The notes under the pieces were generated by a model. That model ran no database searches. It worked only from the letters and a program-made list of their open reading frames with translations, and had not been told where the DNA came from. The position numbers and the translations under genes were made by a program. Shown in pieces: positions 40,953-53,370 of a stretch of DNA of 64,000 bases. The stretch is from Octopus bimaculoides (lineage: Eukaryota). Location: contig NC_068993.1 of NCBI RefSeq assembly GCF_001194135.2, forward strand, positions 2,469,148 through 2,533,147, read 5' to 3'. How positions within the stretch are numbered: the first letter of the stretch is position 1; each line of letters begins with the position of its first letter.

Positions 40953-41416
40953 CATTAAATAAACACCGTTTCTATGGAATGCCAACTAGCCTGTGACAAC
41001 TTTTGTAATAATATGAATTATTTCACCATTTATCACACAGTTATTGATTTCCTACTTAACGGTTTGGGCGATGTCTTTTATTTACATTTATATATTTATT
41101 TATTGAGGAAAGGAGCTATCTAACATTTTTTTATCTTCTCTTCTACATACAATATATATGTTTATATACACACATATATACATACACACAGACACGCTCA
41201 TATATATATATACATACATACATACATACATATAAATATATATATGTATATATATGTATGCATGTATGTATATGTTGTTATGCATCATAATTTTAATAGG
41301 AACTTTGAAACAATGTATATAATTATAGTATATGTATATTCCTTCACGTGTCTACGTATTCTTTTATATATACTTAAACAGATATATAAACAATTCTATG
41401 TATGTATCTAGTTTCG

Positions 41417-41468
<52 letters not shown>

Positions 41469-41861
41469 TGATGTTCATCGCCATGTGTACTTTTGTGCGT
41501 GTGTGCATGTATGTACATTTAGATTATAAAACATCAATAAACATAAAAACGTGTATTCGGTACAACTTGATCATAGTTGTTCACACTCATATATGCATAT
41601 GTATATATGTGTGTGTGTTTGTGTATTTATATTTGTACATACCTATCCCTATATTTACACACACGCACACACATGCATGCACACACAAAACACACACACA
41701 TATATATATATAAAGATATGTATGTGTGCATGCATGGCTTCCTGTATCTGTGTTGATGTGTGTGCAGTAAGTGCACGTAATGCGTAAGAGCAGAGATATT
41801 ATATGTATACATATATGTATGTATGTGTGTGTATATCTATCTATCTATATCTATCTATCTA

Positions 41862-41896
<35 letters not shown>

Positions 41897-41951
41897 CGAG
41901 TGAGAGAGAGAGGGAGAGAGAGCGAAAGAGAGAGTGAGAGAGATAGTGAAA

Positions 41952-41986
<35 letters not shown>

Positions 41987-43384
41987 CCGTGTGTGTATTT
42001 GTGCGCGCGTGTGTGTGTGTGTGTTTGTATTTCCACGTATAGATACGTATACATATGCAAGTAATACTTATACAAAATTATGAACACATACTATATAAAC
42101 GCACGCACAGACACACACATACACACGCACACACTATTGCATTCATACAGATATTTTGTTGAACAACGCAAAGTCTTTGTAACAATCTGTTGATTGCTAC
42201 ATGAAATCATGCATTAAAGCAGAGGAAGCGGCATTTCACAATTCATCTCCTGCGCTGCTATCAATTGAAAGAGAGCCTGATTGAATCGGCAATTTGGCAA
42301 ATATCACTTAAAATAGAATCGAGATACGTAAAGGAGACTGACTAACAATTATTGATGTAAATAAGGAAATCAACCAGTTGAGCAAACTTGTGCACATCTT
42401 TCGATGCTTACTGTAATAAATAGATTGATGAATGCGCAGACATACTGAACCAACAGACATGCATCTAATCACATCTCTGAGACCAGAGCTTTCAGCTATG
42501 TTTAAATGTGACATGTACGAAAATCAATGCATCTATGCTACAATATAGATATCTCTGATTGCATGCTACTAACATTTGTTAAGACATGACACATTTATGT
42601 TTCTTTTTTTATGATTATTATTTTGTTTTATATTCTTTTTGTGCCGGTGGAATTGAACTGGACATAGTAAGAAGCTTTAAGGATTTTTTTTCTTTTTTTT
42701 CTTTTATTAAATACGTAAAACAAAATTGAGCAAACACTGTTGAAGTCTTTGAAATGCTTTCTATGTCAGTATTTAAGTAAAATCATCTAAATTGATCTAT
42801 GATGTTGACTCTTGTTTTTGTTTCCTTTTTATTTGTTATAAAAACGCGAAACGGCAAAAAAAAAAAGTAAGAAAGAAACTATAAGCCATACTGTGTATTT
42901 TATATTCAGGGTTTTCATGCATCTGGGTTTGAATACTAAAAGAGTTAGATTTATATTCCATACGTCTAGAGTTGATAAACTGAATAAAATGTTTATTTAA
43001 TCATTCCTTTTTATGAGTTCTAATGGATTTCAGAGCAGGTAATTATCTTTCGTTTTCACACCATTTTCTACATGAACGGCATATATGCCATTTCATACTA
43101 TGCTGTTCTCTCAAAGATAGGCTGGCGTCTATATTTTATGTAAGATATATCGAACTCGATGCTATCTTTCCAAGAATACAACATCACATTAGAAGCAGTC
43201 TATCAATTTAAAATTTCTGATACCAATTCACATTTTGGAATCTTTGGATATTCCTGTGACCCCTTTTAGAGCAGGTGAAGAATATTCAATTATTTTCACT
43301 GGGGACGATTCTATTTTTCGTGTGGAAAAGAGTAAAATGGATTGAATAGATGTAATAATATTTTTATATTTGCGTCATGCTTAC

Positions 43385-43429
43385 AGACTCGTTACGCCAA
43401 AGCTTATTCGAATTTTCAAGGCATTTAGG
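43385..43429 (-). CDS. Candidate 45-nt exon (PKCLENSNKLWRNES in phase 0; alternative frame LNALKIRISFGVTS)
   Basis: Acceptor attcttttgctttcag and donor TCT|gtaagc. Phase-compatible with the 39205 exon. Confidence 0.4.
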
Positions 43430-45018
43430 CTGAAAGCAAAAGAATCCCCTACATCTGCATTGAAAGCCATTCCATCATAGGAAGCTCCATCCAGGTATCA
43501 TAAGTACTTATTTTCAGGGAAGTATACTGGCACAATAAAAGTTAAGTCAAGGGTATTATGTGCTGCTAGATCCGAGAATCGAACGCCCAGCCTAACGATC
43601 ATAAGCCTATGTCCGTAACAACTAAACCATGTGCTTTCACATGTCTAATCTTATTTAATTTATTGTATACAAAGCAAAGATTATATCAAAATGACTTCAG
43701 TTTCATACACAGAGTAAATGCAGGAAGGGTTCTGCATTCCTTCGTGCCCCTTAATCAATCTTGACAATGATACAGGCCATTTACACAAGCAAACTATTAT
43801 AATACGTGTTAGACAGCTACACACACACACACACACACACGCGCTATTAAAGAATATGTTACATAGCCAATAACACACANNNNNNNNNNNNNNNNNNNNN
43901 NNNNNNNNNNNNNNNNNNNNNNNNNNNNNNNNNNNNNNNNNNNNNNNNNNNNNNNNNNNNNNNNNNNNNNNNNNNNTATATATATATATATATATATATA
44001 TGCATATGTGTGTGTGTGTGTATGCAGACGCACACATATAGACATAGATAGCTATGCATATGTATAACAGTGTTTTGTATGGTAGCTATAATCTACTACA
44101 GAACATAGCAATTTTTTGATGCCAAGACCATGTATTGTGACAACTGTAAACAATCGTATAATGTAAAGACAGATTGTTTAGAATCACCATCACTCTTCAT
44201 CTTCCTATCGACTTCATCAATTGTACATTATAACAAGCCATACTGTATACAGTGTATTTTATACACACTACATTTTATTTTAGTTTTATTGATTCAAATT
44301 GAAAATGAAGAACATCCGTTTGTGGGGAATATTCTGCTGACTGAGACAGTGTGAAGCTGGAAATGTTATTAAATTTTGAATGTTGTCTGTTTTGTAATAG
44401 AAACATATGTTACACTGAAGAACGCATTCACCTAGTTTTGTACTGCAAGATTGATAAATCAGAGATAAACCTATTTTATTCAATAAAAGTCAGCATGTAT
44501 GTGTGTTTTGTAATTAATATTCCTACAAGGTAGAGTATATACAAGACAATAAATAAATAGAATATGAATATCTTTTTGTTTATTAATTTAGTTATTTTTA
44601 ATTTAAGATAAATATCTTGGTGTATATTTCCGTATGTTTTAATAATCAAAATCGATTTTTAAAGATAAATTGCCTCTTTGATGAACAGTCTGCAAATGGT
44701 TTCTGAGAATGATGAGTTTTCATATTTACCTTCGTAATACTTCTAGTATTCCATTTTTCCATGTTTTACATTTTTTTTGTGTGGATCTGTGTGTATGTGT
44801 GTGCGTCCATTTATTTAGAAATTAACATTGCCATAATAGTTTTGTCACAAATATACGCACTTCCAGTCCCCAGTCGGGAAATGTAAAATTGGTGTATAAC
44901 TAGTTTGTTAGCCAGCAAATTGTTGTAAGTAGAGTTACCTGTCAAAAGGGTGTGACATCATAGCTGCATTAATGCAGATTGAACTTACGATTTGGGGATA
45001 AGTAGGACAACAACGTAC

Positions 45019-45075
45019 CTGCATAAATCTAACTTGGTTACTATATCTTGTTTGCGTGAATTGCTTTGCATTATT
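45019..45075 (-). CDS. Candidate 57-nt exon, phase 0/0 (NNAKQFTQTRYSNQVRFMQ)
   Basis: Acceptor aattgttgtctttaag and donor CAG|gtacgt, with an open frame. No independent homology support. Confidence 0.3.
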
Positions 45076-45839
45076 CTTAAAGACAACAATTAATTAATGT
45101 CTTAACAGCTTTTTACATTCAGTTTTGTACTCCGGAATAGATTGAAAGCGATTACAAAGTTAACAAATAAGCAAGGAACGACGAAGTATTTGCTTTTTAA
45201 CTTCCTATAATTTCTGATATAAAGTTTTGTCACCAGCTTAGTAGAAACAACTAACCTTCCTCAAGGGACGCCTTAGTTGGTTACAAAAACGAAATATGAG
45301 GCATCAGCTAAAACAAGGAAAGTTAAAATTTTGCTTCCTATTTTCCATCTTTGCTCCATTTTCGTATAAAGACATTTGTTATGATAGAATAAATGTATAA
45401 ACCTTAATAATATTGACATGCGTGTGTGATGAAATTAGATATTTTGCTTATTTTCAGCAATTTTCCACGTTCGATGAAATAATTTGGCATGTGGCAAAAT
45501 GGGATTTCTTGAAATTGGCAATATTAAGAACTGGAGGTTAAAATATTAATGTTTTAGAGAAAAAATAGTCATAATGGGGATAGTGAATCAACCTTCACCC
45601 ACAAAAGGCTGAAATCTCGTTAATGACTACAAGAAAATCCATTATAAACTCAGCTCACCAATCAGGATTGCCTGAAAGCACATATATTTCGAGATGAATA
45701 CTTACTGCGTGAAATCTTGAGACTGCAGGGACATTCAGTTGTGATTCTAGTCTTTAAGATCTATGATGTACAAAAGAATTTAAAATGGTGGGGATGAGGG
45801 CAATAATAAGAATAGTAATAATGGTGATTATTACTGAAA

Positions 45840-46050
45840 CTGGTGATGGTGAGGAGGGGAGGAGGAGGAGGAAGAGGAGGAAGAGGAGTAGGAGGAGGAG
45901 GAGGGAGAAGAGGAGAAGAGGGATGCTGGCGGTGAAGATGTTGACGACGATGACGACGATGACAACGACGACGACGACGATGATGATAATGATTATGACG
46001 AGACGGAGATGATGATGATGATGTTGATGTGGATGAGATGAGGAGGATCC
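45840..46050. repeat. Compound (GGA/GAC/GAT)n repeat
   Basis: Direct reading. Confidence 0.9.
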
Positions 46051-47064
46051 TCGTCATCATTTAGGCACATTGCCAGCAATTTTCCAGAGAGAAGTCTCCT
46101 TGATACTATCACCTCCAGTACACTTGACTGGTATTTTATTTTAGTCATTCTGAAAGGATGAAAGGCAAAGTTAGTCTGCCTGAGATTTGAATTCAGAACC
46201 CGAGGAAATACTGTTACATATTTTCCGACGTTCTCACAGATATTCTATTTATTGCATACCACGCATAATTTTGACAGCTTGTAACACGTGAGAGTGTGTT
46301 ATGAAGAAAATATTTCTACGATGATCTTTGAAACAGACAGCAAGATGTCGTCTGTTTCAATGAATTTTCACTTGAGATAGAAAATTGCTCAGAAGTTCTT
46401 CCATTCCTGTGGGGAAAATATCTAACTTACAGAGAACTATTGAAATGCAATTTAATTTTGATACTTATTTAAAAAATATAAGGCTTGGTTGAATTTCATA
46501 TAAAAGATACGCATAACAACTTGCTTGTGGAATAATTAATAAACGCATTCCGTAATTAAGAAGCTAATTATGATTTCATACTTCTCATGCATGATAGGCC
46601 AAGATGTGCTGGAGGTGCTTTCTTTAAATATAGAAACATATAAAATTGACGCTTACATATACTAAAAGTATGTGGACTGCTGTTTAATTGTGTAGTGGAA
46701 ATATTACTGTAGAAGAAAACTGAACAATTGATTAAATGTTTAAATATTTGAGATTAATTGTTAATAAGCTAATAATTAGCTTCAACTTTAGAGACTAAAT
46801 ATTTCTTAGCTAAAATTTAAAACACCATATTGCAGCAGATTTGTATCTCCGGTCGTCTTTCATCATGTGTCTTATTCGTGGAGGTGCATGGCTTAGTGGT
46901 CAGGGTGCAGGACTCATGATCGTTAGATTGTAGTTTCGATTCAAAGACCGGGCAACGCGTTGTGTTCTTGAGCAAGACACTTCATTTCAGATTGCTCCAG
47001 TCTGCATGGCTCCCAGTCGTCTTCGACACCCTGGAAAGAAGTTGCATCATGTGATGGCTCGATT

Positions 47065-47091
47065 CTGATTGGTCAGTTAATCGGCCAATCA
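47065..47091. promoter_or_regulatory. Pair of oppositely oriented CCAAT (NF-Y-type) boxes
   Basis: CTGATTGG at 47065-47072 and GGCCAATCA at 47083-47091, followed by a consensus plus-strand donor AAG|gtaaga at 47233. Confidence 0.4.
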
Positions 47092-47582
47092 CGTAAAATG
47101 GTTGTTAATAAGCCGTGACTTTTATTTGGCAATTTGTCGATTCGGTTTCGAATCTGCTTGACCTTCTGCTGATATAACAATTAATTCCATGTGATCCCTG
47201 AATATAGAAAAGGACTTGCTTCTTGTCTGGAAGGTAAGAGATCTCATAAAGACATTTGCACAACATCACTTTACTTTAGCAACTTCGGTTTTCATTATGG
47301 AAATATGTACATCCGTCAAAATGTGTGCATCTTTTACTTTTTTTTTTATTAACTAGACACCATCCTAAGAAATATTGTTTCGTATTTTCGCGCAAGGCTA
47401 GAAATGTCTGATTATGTCAACACGTCAGTACTTAACCTGGACTTATTTTATCGACCTCAAAATGATGAAAGGCAAAATTGTTCTCAGCATAATTTGAACT
47501 CAGTGCGAAAAGGTTATAACTAAGCATCACAAGTTATTTTGTTCGATGATTTGACGATTAAACCAATCCACCACTTTAAGAA

Positions 47583-47783
47583 CTACTACTTTCAAATTTT
47601 GATACAAGGCCAGCAATTTCGAGGGATTATATCGACCCCAGTGGAGCACTGAGGTCGATATAATCCCGAAAGGATGAAAGGCAAAGTCGACTTCAGCGAT
47701 ATTTCAATTCAGAACTTAAAGACGGAAAAATGCCTCTAAACATTTGGTCCGGCGCAGTAATGATTCCGCCAGCTTGCTGCCTT
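47583..47783 (+). mobile_element. SINE-like family B copy with 13-bp flanking direct repeat (ACCACTTTAAGAA at 47570-47582 and 47784-47796)
   Basis: Shares atcgacccc...gaaaggatgaaaggcaaagtcgac...gaactcagaac with many other copies; the direct repeat looks like a target-site duplication. Confidence 0.8.
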
Positions 47784-48964
47784 ACCACTTTAAGAAATAT
47801 CAAAACTATATTGTTTAGGAAATAAATGCTCACCTAGAAACAAAGCTTTTAGTGATGGTCTTTTCCTTTCTTTCTCAGCTACATTTCTGTTCCACTGATA
47901 TTTCTACTCACAAACTAGCATCGATAAATCACAATACAATTGTCATTCCCCACACATTCAACTATTCAAACACTACAGCTGTTACTGTTCCTCTTACTGT
48001 TACTACTACTGATACATTTTTCTGCAGTACATTTCTTAACCGTCACTCCCGAAATACTAAGACGAAGCTGGGTAGGAATTGAGAAAATGAAATGCAAATT
48101 ATTCTAATCAATGTTTAATTAAACAGCTCAGAAGAAAACTTTAATGAAGGGCAAAGTAATCTCAGCGGAAAAATAGTTTATATGTCAGCCAATTTTAATG
48201 GTTATAATTAAAAGCTGGAATAACAAATAAGCATTTTTTCTTTCCCAATTGAAAATTAATTCTATAATCATGTTTCCAATATCTAATTTTGTCAGTCAAT
48301 GAAATAATTCCACCATTTGGACAAAAATTAAATTGATTAAAGAAAAGAACTGATAAATAAATATATTTTGAAAGCTCATTCATTTAAGGAATTTGAAATT
48401 GAAGAAAATTTAAAAGAAAAACGGAAAACTGAAATAAAAGTGACAGCTAAGTGAAAGAAGAAAGTATTTCTAGATAGAATGATTTGAGCCATTCTATGTA
48501 GAATGATTTGAATGCGAAGAATAATAGATGTGAAGAACTTTGTTCATTTAACCTCAACGGATTTCAAGGAAATTTAATCGTTTTTAATTGTAGTGAAGGT
48601 AAAGTAGAAGTATTCAAACTAATGTTTGGAAAAGTTGTTATTATTGGCAAATTGAATAATTTAAAATCCATTTATCAAATTTAAAGTGAAGAAAATAAAA
48701 TTTAAAATAATATAAGAACGAAATGAGTAGTACAATTAATTCTGAAGATATATCAATGCATTTCAGGAGAAGACATATGTTATTCAGTCTAAATTTGTTA
48801 CACACATTTTACCGGAAATTATTATTACTAATTTACATTAAATGTAGCAATTTAATTCGAAGAAATTATTCTTGCTGTTTTTGTTCTTTTTCTTCAAACA
48901 AATGCATCAAAATAAAGAAACACTTTTCCATATGTTTCTATATTCTTCCTTATCATTTACCTAT

Positions 48965-49173
48965 TCAATCATCACTATCCTCCTCCACTAGCAACATCTT
49001 CATCCCCTTTGGCAGGATGCTCTGCCCTCTGCTATCGCAAACGATAACCCTGTTCGAAATATAGATGGCGATTGCTTTTGCACCTTTGCCCCAGCTTAAG
49101 ATGACTGGCGTGGAGGAAATATATGCATCTTTATTTCTATATACACCCATGAAAAGATTCTCTGTATATACAT
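48965..49173 (-). CDS. Candidate stop-containing exon (VYTENLFMGVYRNKDAYISSTPVILSWGKG...LLVEEDSDD*), weakly CTLD-like
   Basis: Acceptor aaatatttcag with a 68-codon open frame and locally elevated GC. The loose match to WIG...W-x-x-G spacing is by eye only. Confidence 0.3.
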
Positions 49174-49431
49174 CTGAAATATTTTCTGTTCATATTTTTA
49201 TTGATATGCTTTAGTCAGAAATACCTTTCAGTTGATCTGTAGCAGAATAAAATAAATTGCTTCTTCGTGAATGTTCTGTCAGTCCAGCACTTTATATATT
49301 TAATGATCCATGCTGGATTAGAATTTTGCTGCATACTTCATCATGCATAGTTTGATGGAGTGGAATATAGAGCATGAGAGTCTGATGTTTTACATCTGAT
49401 TTTCTGTTCCATCCCTTTCTTTTGTGTTTTC

Positions 49432-49515
<84 letters not shown>

Positions 49516-50885
49516 GTCTAAAGTTTTACAGAGGACTGGTTTTATCATTGTGTGGTGGATAAAATTCCTCTGCTTTTGTTAAAGCTGATTGGAAAATCTT
49601 CCCATACTTTGAAACTATCCAGAAATAAAACTGATACTGCAGCTATTTTACTACACCAATTCTATCTTTGGTTCTGTAAAAAGATGCAGTGGATATAAAA
49701 TAGCTTCATAGATGTGATGTAATAATGTATCATTGATATTTATATAAAATTGATAAGAAGAACAGGACAGAACACTAAATATACTTTTTATTGTAGCCAT
49801 TCCCTGTCATACAGTATATCGATTCATTCACGACTGTCATGATCTCTTATATCTTAAACGGATTTTGTAGCATATGGGACGTATATAGAGATTTCAGGGC
49901 ACTAGCTCGAACTCCGAAACATATTGAAGCGACAGATTCAGAGGGCTATTACTCACAAGTCAATCACAGTGCAGCACAAACAATTTTGAAAGAGAAAGAC
50001 AGGCAGGGAGGGAAGGACTGACGACAGTGAATGATTAATACTTTATTCATCGACACTATGAGCTTCAAAGCAGAATTGAGTCTAATCGAAATGGAACTCG
50101 ACTCACAAAGTCTGTAGCAATCACCGAGCTCATTTGTACGATGCTCTTAGAATTATATGAATCGATCTGACAAGAGACGAGCTAGTAAAGTCATATTTGA
50201 TGTTGGCTCGTTTGTTTAGGACATTATTCTTTGTTATTGCTGTATCTTGCATTTGTGTTACTTGTTGGAAACATTAGGGAATCGTGGTCTATTCTGTAAA
50301 TTTAGGAATAGTCTTGGGACATAGGAGAAAGCTTCAAATATGACCAAGAACGCGCACATCAAATATTTTCTCTAACTCAGTGAAAAACATGTGTTTATAT
50401 ATATGTGTGTGTGTGTGTTTGTATATTTGTGAATGTAGAAGAGTGAGTGTGTGAGTGTGTGTATTTATACGCGTGTGTATATGTATTTATGTTTGTGTGT
50501 GTGTGCGTGTGTATGTGTGTGTGTGTGTTGAAAATTCCTCACAACAACCAACGAAACGAGTCTAATACATTGCAGATAAAGTTTGGCAGAGCACATCTAC
50601 GCGCCATAAGTGTGTAACAGTCTGAGCAACAACGGCGGAAATTACCAATGAATCTGCAGCAAATATAAATTCTTCTTGAGGTATTGAGCGACCTCAGCTT
50701 ACGCTTTAAACATTCACATTTATGAACATATACACACATATACCTAAATATCATCCTTTTACACAAACACTCATAAATACGTATATGTGTGAGTATACAC
50801 ACTCCAAAATGCATGCGAACAAGCAGCGTACGTGCATATTAATGTGTATATGTGTGTGCAAACGGAAGAAATTGTCTGTTTCAGT

Positions 50886-50928
<43 letters not shown>

Positions 50929-50948
50929 CTCTCTCCTTTCTCTTCTGT

Positions 50949-51000
<52 letters not shown>

Positions 51001-51060
51001 TATATTTATATATATATGCAAACAAGCTTATATACACCTTATGAGTGTATGTGTGTGTGT

Positions 51061-51096
<36 letters not shown>

Positions 51097-52282
51097 TGTT
51101 TTGTATGTGAGATGAATGCAGTTTTAGGAATACCCTAATGACATATAGATTTGTAGGTTGATAAACAGATTGCTAAGCACATATGGAAGCCTGTATATGC
51201 AATAAGACAGGCAAGCATCCTGTGTATATTAAGTATATTAAACCTGTTATAGGCTGGCTATTACGTGATATTCTTATAAACAAATGTAAATATATATTCA
51301 AACATATTTTCAAATACATACATATAAACCAACCAACATAAACAACGAATCACAGGAATGGAGGCACATATATGCAGACATAGATCATGTGCACTTGCAT
51401 GTTTCTCTACTTAAGTGGCTTTTGAATAACTATACTGAAAACAATGGATTAAATTGCTTTCCTTTTATATGAAGACTTTACATTAATATGGCGAATATTT
51501 GAAAGCTTATTTCCATAAAATATTGGGGTACTTTGAAATCACTAAGTAGTACTGAGTTTTTATACACTTATGTACAAGCTCTCTCACCAATACATATCTT
51601 ATACACAAACATATAAGCATGTATATATGTATATATATATGTTAGTTACAGGAACACTTTTGTATATGTGTGTATATTGTAAACGTTGTTGTATGATTGC
51701 GCTCCCTTTGTTGAACTCTTCTTCTCCTCCACGTTGTCATTTTTCCCTTCCTCCTCTATTTATGTTCTTTACACCAGATACATATCTTCTCGCTTCTATT
51801 TTTACTATTTATTTTTAATCTGCTAAATTTATACCGGCTTTCTAAACGTAGACATGTATTCGCCTAGATGCACGTGTACACACTTAAGTGCATATACACA
51901 TACACAAGTATATGCTAATATATCTGTGTGCATATATGCCAATATGTGTTTGAGTAACTAATCAACTATGCATATATATATATATATATATANNNNNNNN
52001 NNNNNNNNNNNNNNNNNNNNNNNNNNNNNNNNNNNNNNNNNNNNNNNNNNNNNNNNNNNNNNNNNNNNNNNNNNNNNNNNNNNNNNNNNNNNNNNNNNNN
52101 NNNNNNNNNNNNNNNNNNNNNNNNNNNNNNNNNNNNNNNNNNNNNNNNNNNNNNNNNNNNNNNNNNNNNNNNNNNNNNNNNNNNNNNNNNNNNNNNNNNN
52201 NNNNNNNNNNNNNNNNNNNNNNNNNNNNNNNNNNNNNNNNNNNNNNNNNNNNNNNNNNNNNNNNNNNNNNNNNNNNNNNNNN

Positions 52283-52338
<56 letters not shown>

Positions 52339-52770
52339 GTAAGCATATATATATGTGTACATATATACACACATATATATATACATATATATACATACAT
52401 ATCACAATGTATTTTATTAAGCTCACGTTTCTTTCTCTCTTTTCCGCTCGTTTATGCTATGTATGTGTGTGAATATCTGCCTGTATAGTTATTTATTTTC
52501 GTATATAAGTATGTCTAGTGAGACATAAGTAATGTATAGACACATATTTATGTATAACTGCATAAGCACACAAGCACATGTGCACATTTATGTGTGTATG
52601 CATATACATTTATCATGTAATGCTTATATATATATATCCTCTATGTACACACATTTATACATATATACACTCATATACATACACATATACATACACAGGT
52701 ACATATATATGTGTGCGTATGTATGTGTGTGCATGTGAGTGTGTGTATGTTTATTTTGTCGTTTTTTTCT

Positions 52771-53037
52771 TTTATTTGTTTCAGTCATTTGACTGAGGCC
52801 ATGCTGGAGCACTGCCTTTAGTCGAGCAAATCGACCGCAGGACTTATTCTTTGTAAGCCTAGTACTTATTCTATCGGTCTCATTCGCCTAACTGCTCAGT
52901 TACGGGGACGTGAACACACTTTGGTTGGCCCGAAGCTATAGTAGAAGACACTTGCCTAAGGTGCCATGCAGTGGGACTGAACCTGGAATGATGTGGTTGG
53001 AAATCAAGCTTCTTACCACACAGCCACTCCTGTGCCT
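52771..53037 (-). mobile_element. SINE family A with internal deletion
   Basis: Head and tail match the 31156 copy in reverse complement; the central segment is absent. Confidence 0.85.
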
Positions 53038-53046
53038 ATATATGTA

Positions 53047-53234
<188 letters not shown>

Positions 53235-53236
53235 CA

Positions 53237-53370
53237 TGCAGGAAGCTTTTGGACACGTGCAAGAGTCGTCTAGAAGCAGTCATTAAAAACAAAGGCTATG
53301 CCTTTGACTATTAAAGGAAGATATTGGACTCAGTAAACCTAGGGTATGAATAATTTTGAACATGGCATTT
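53237..53370 (+). mobile_element. Tc1/mariner transposase 3' fragment (RKLLDTCKSRLEAVIKNKGYAFDY*) with probable right-end remnant
   Basis: Matches the Tc1-family C-terminal motif RLEAVIKAKG-x3-Y*; stop at 53312-53314; followed by TIR-like gggtatgaataattttg. Confidence 0.75.

Noticed and set aside
44342-44353. TGAGACAGTGTG, matching the 5' end of lophotrochozoan miR-1994 as I recall it
   Set aside because: The match stops after 12 nt and I see no precursor hairpin.
45659-45722. Two adjacent minus micro-exon candidates (45706-45722 and 45659-45671)
   Set aside because: They are only 34 nt apart, too close to be used together, and neither can be tied to the chain with confidence.
50107-50166. 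60-nt minus exon-like unit (IDSYNSKSIVQMSSVIATDF) with good splice sites
   Set aside because: It overlaps a decayed family B SINE, so the CTLD resemblance may be coincidental. Exonisation cannot be excluded.
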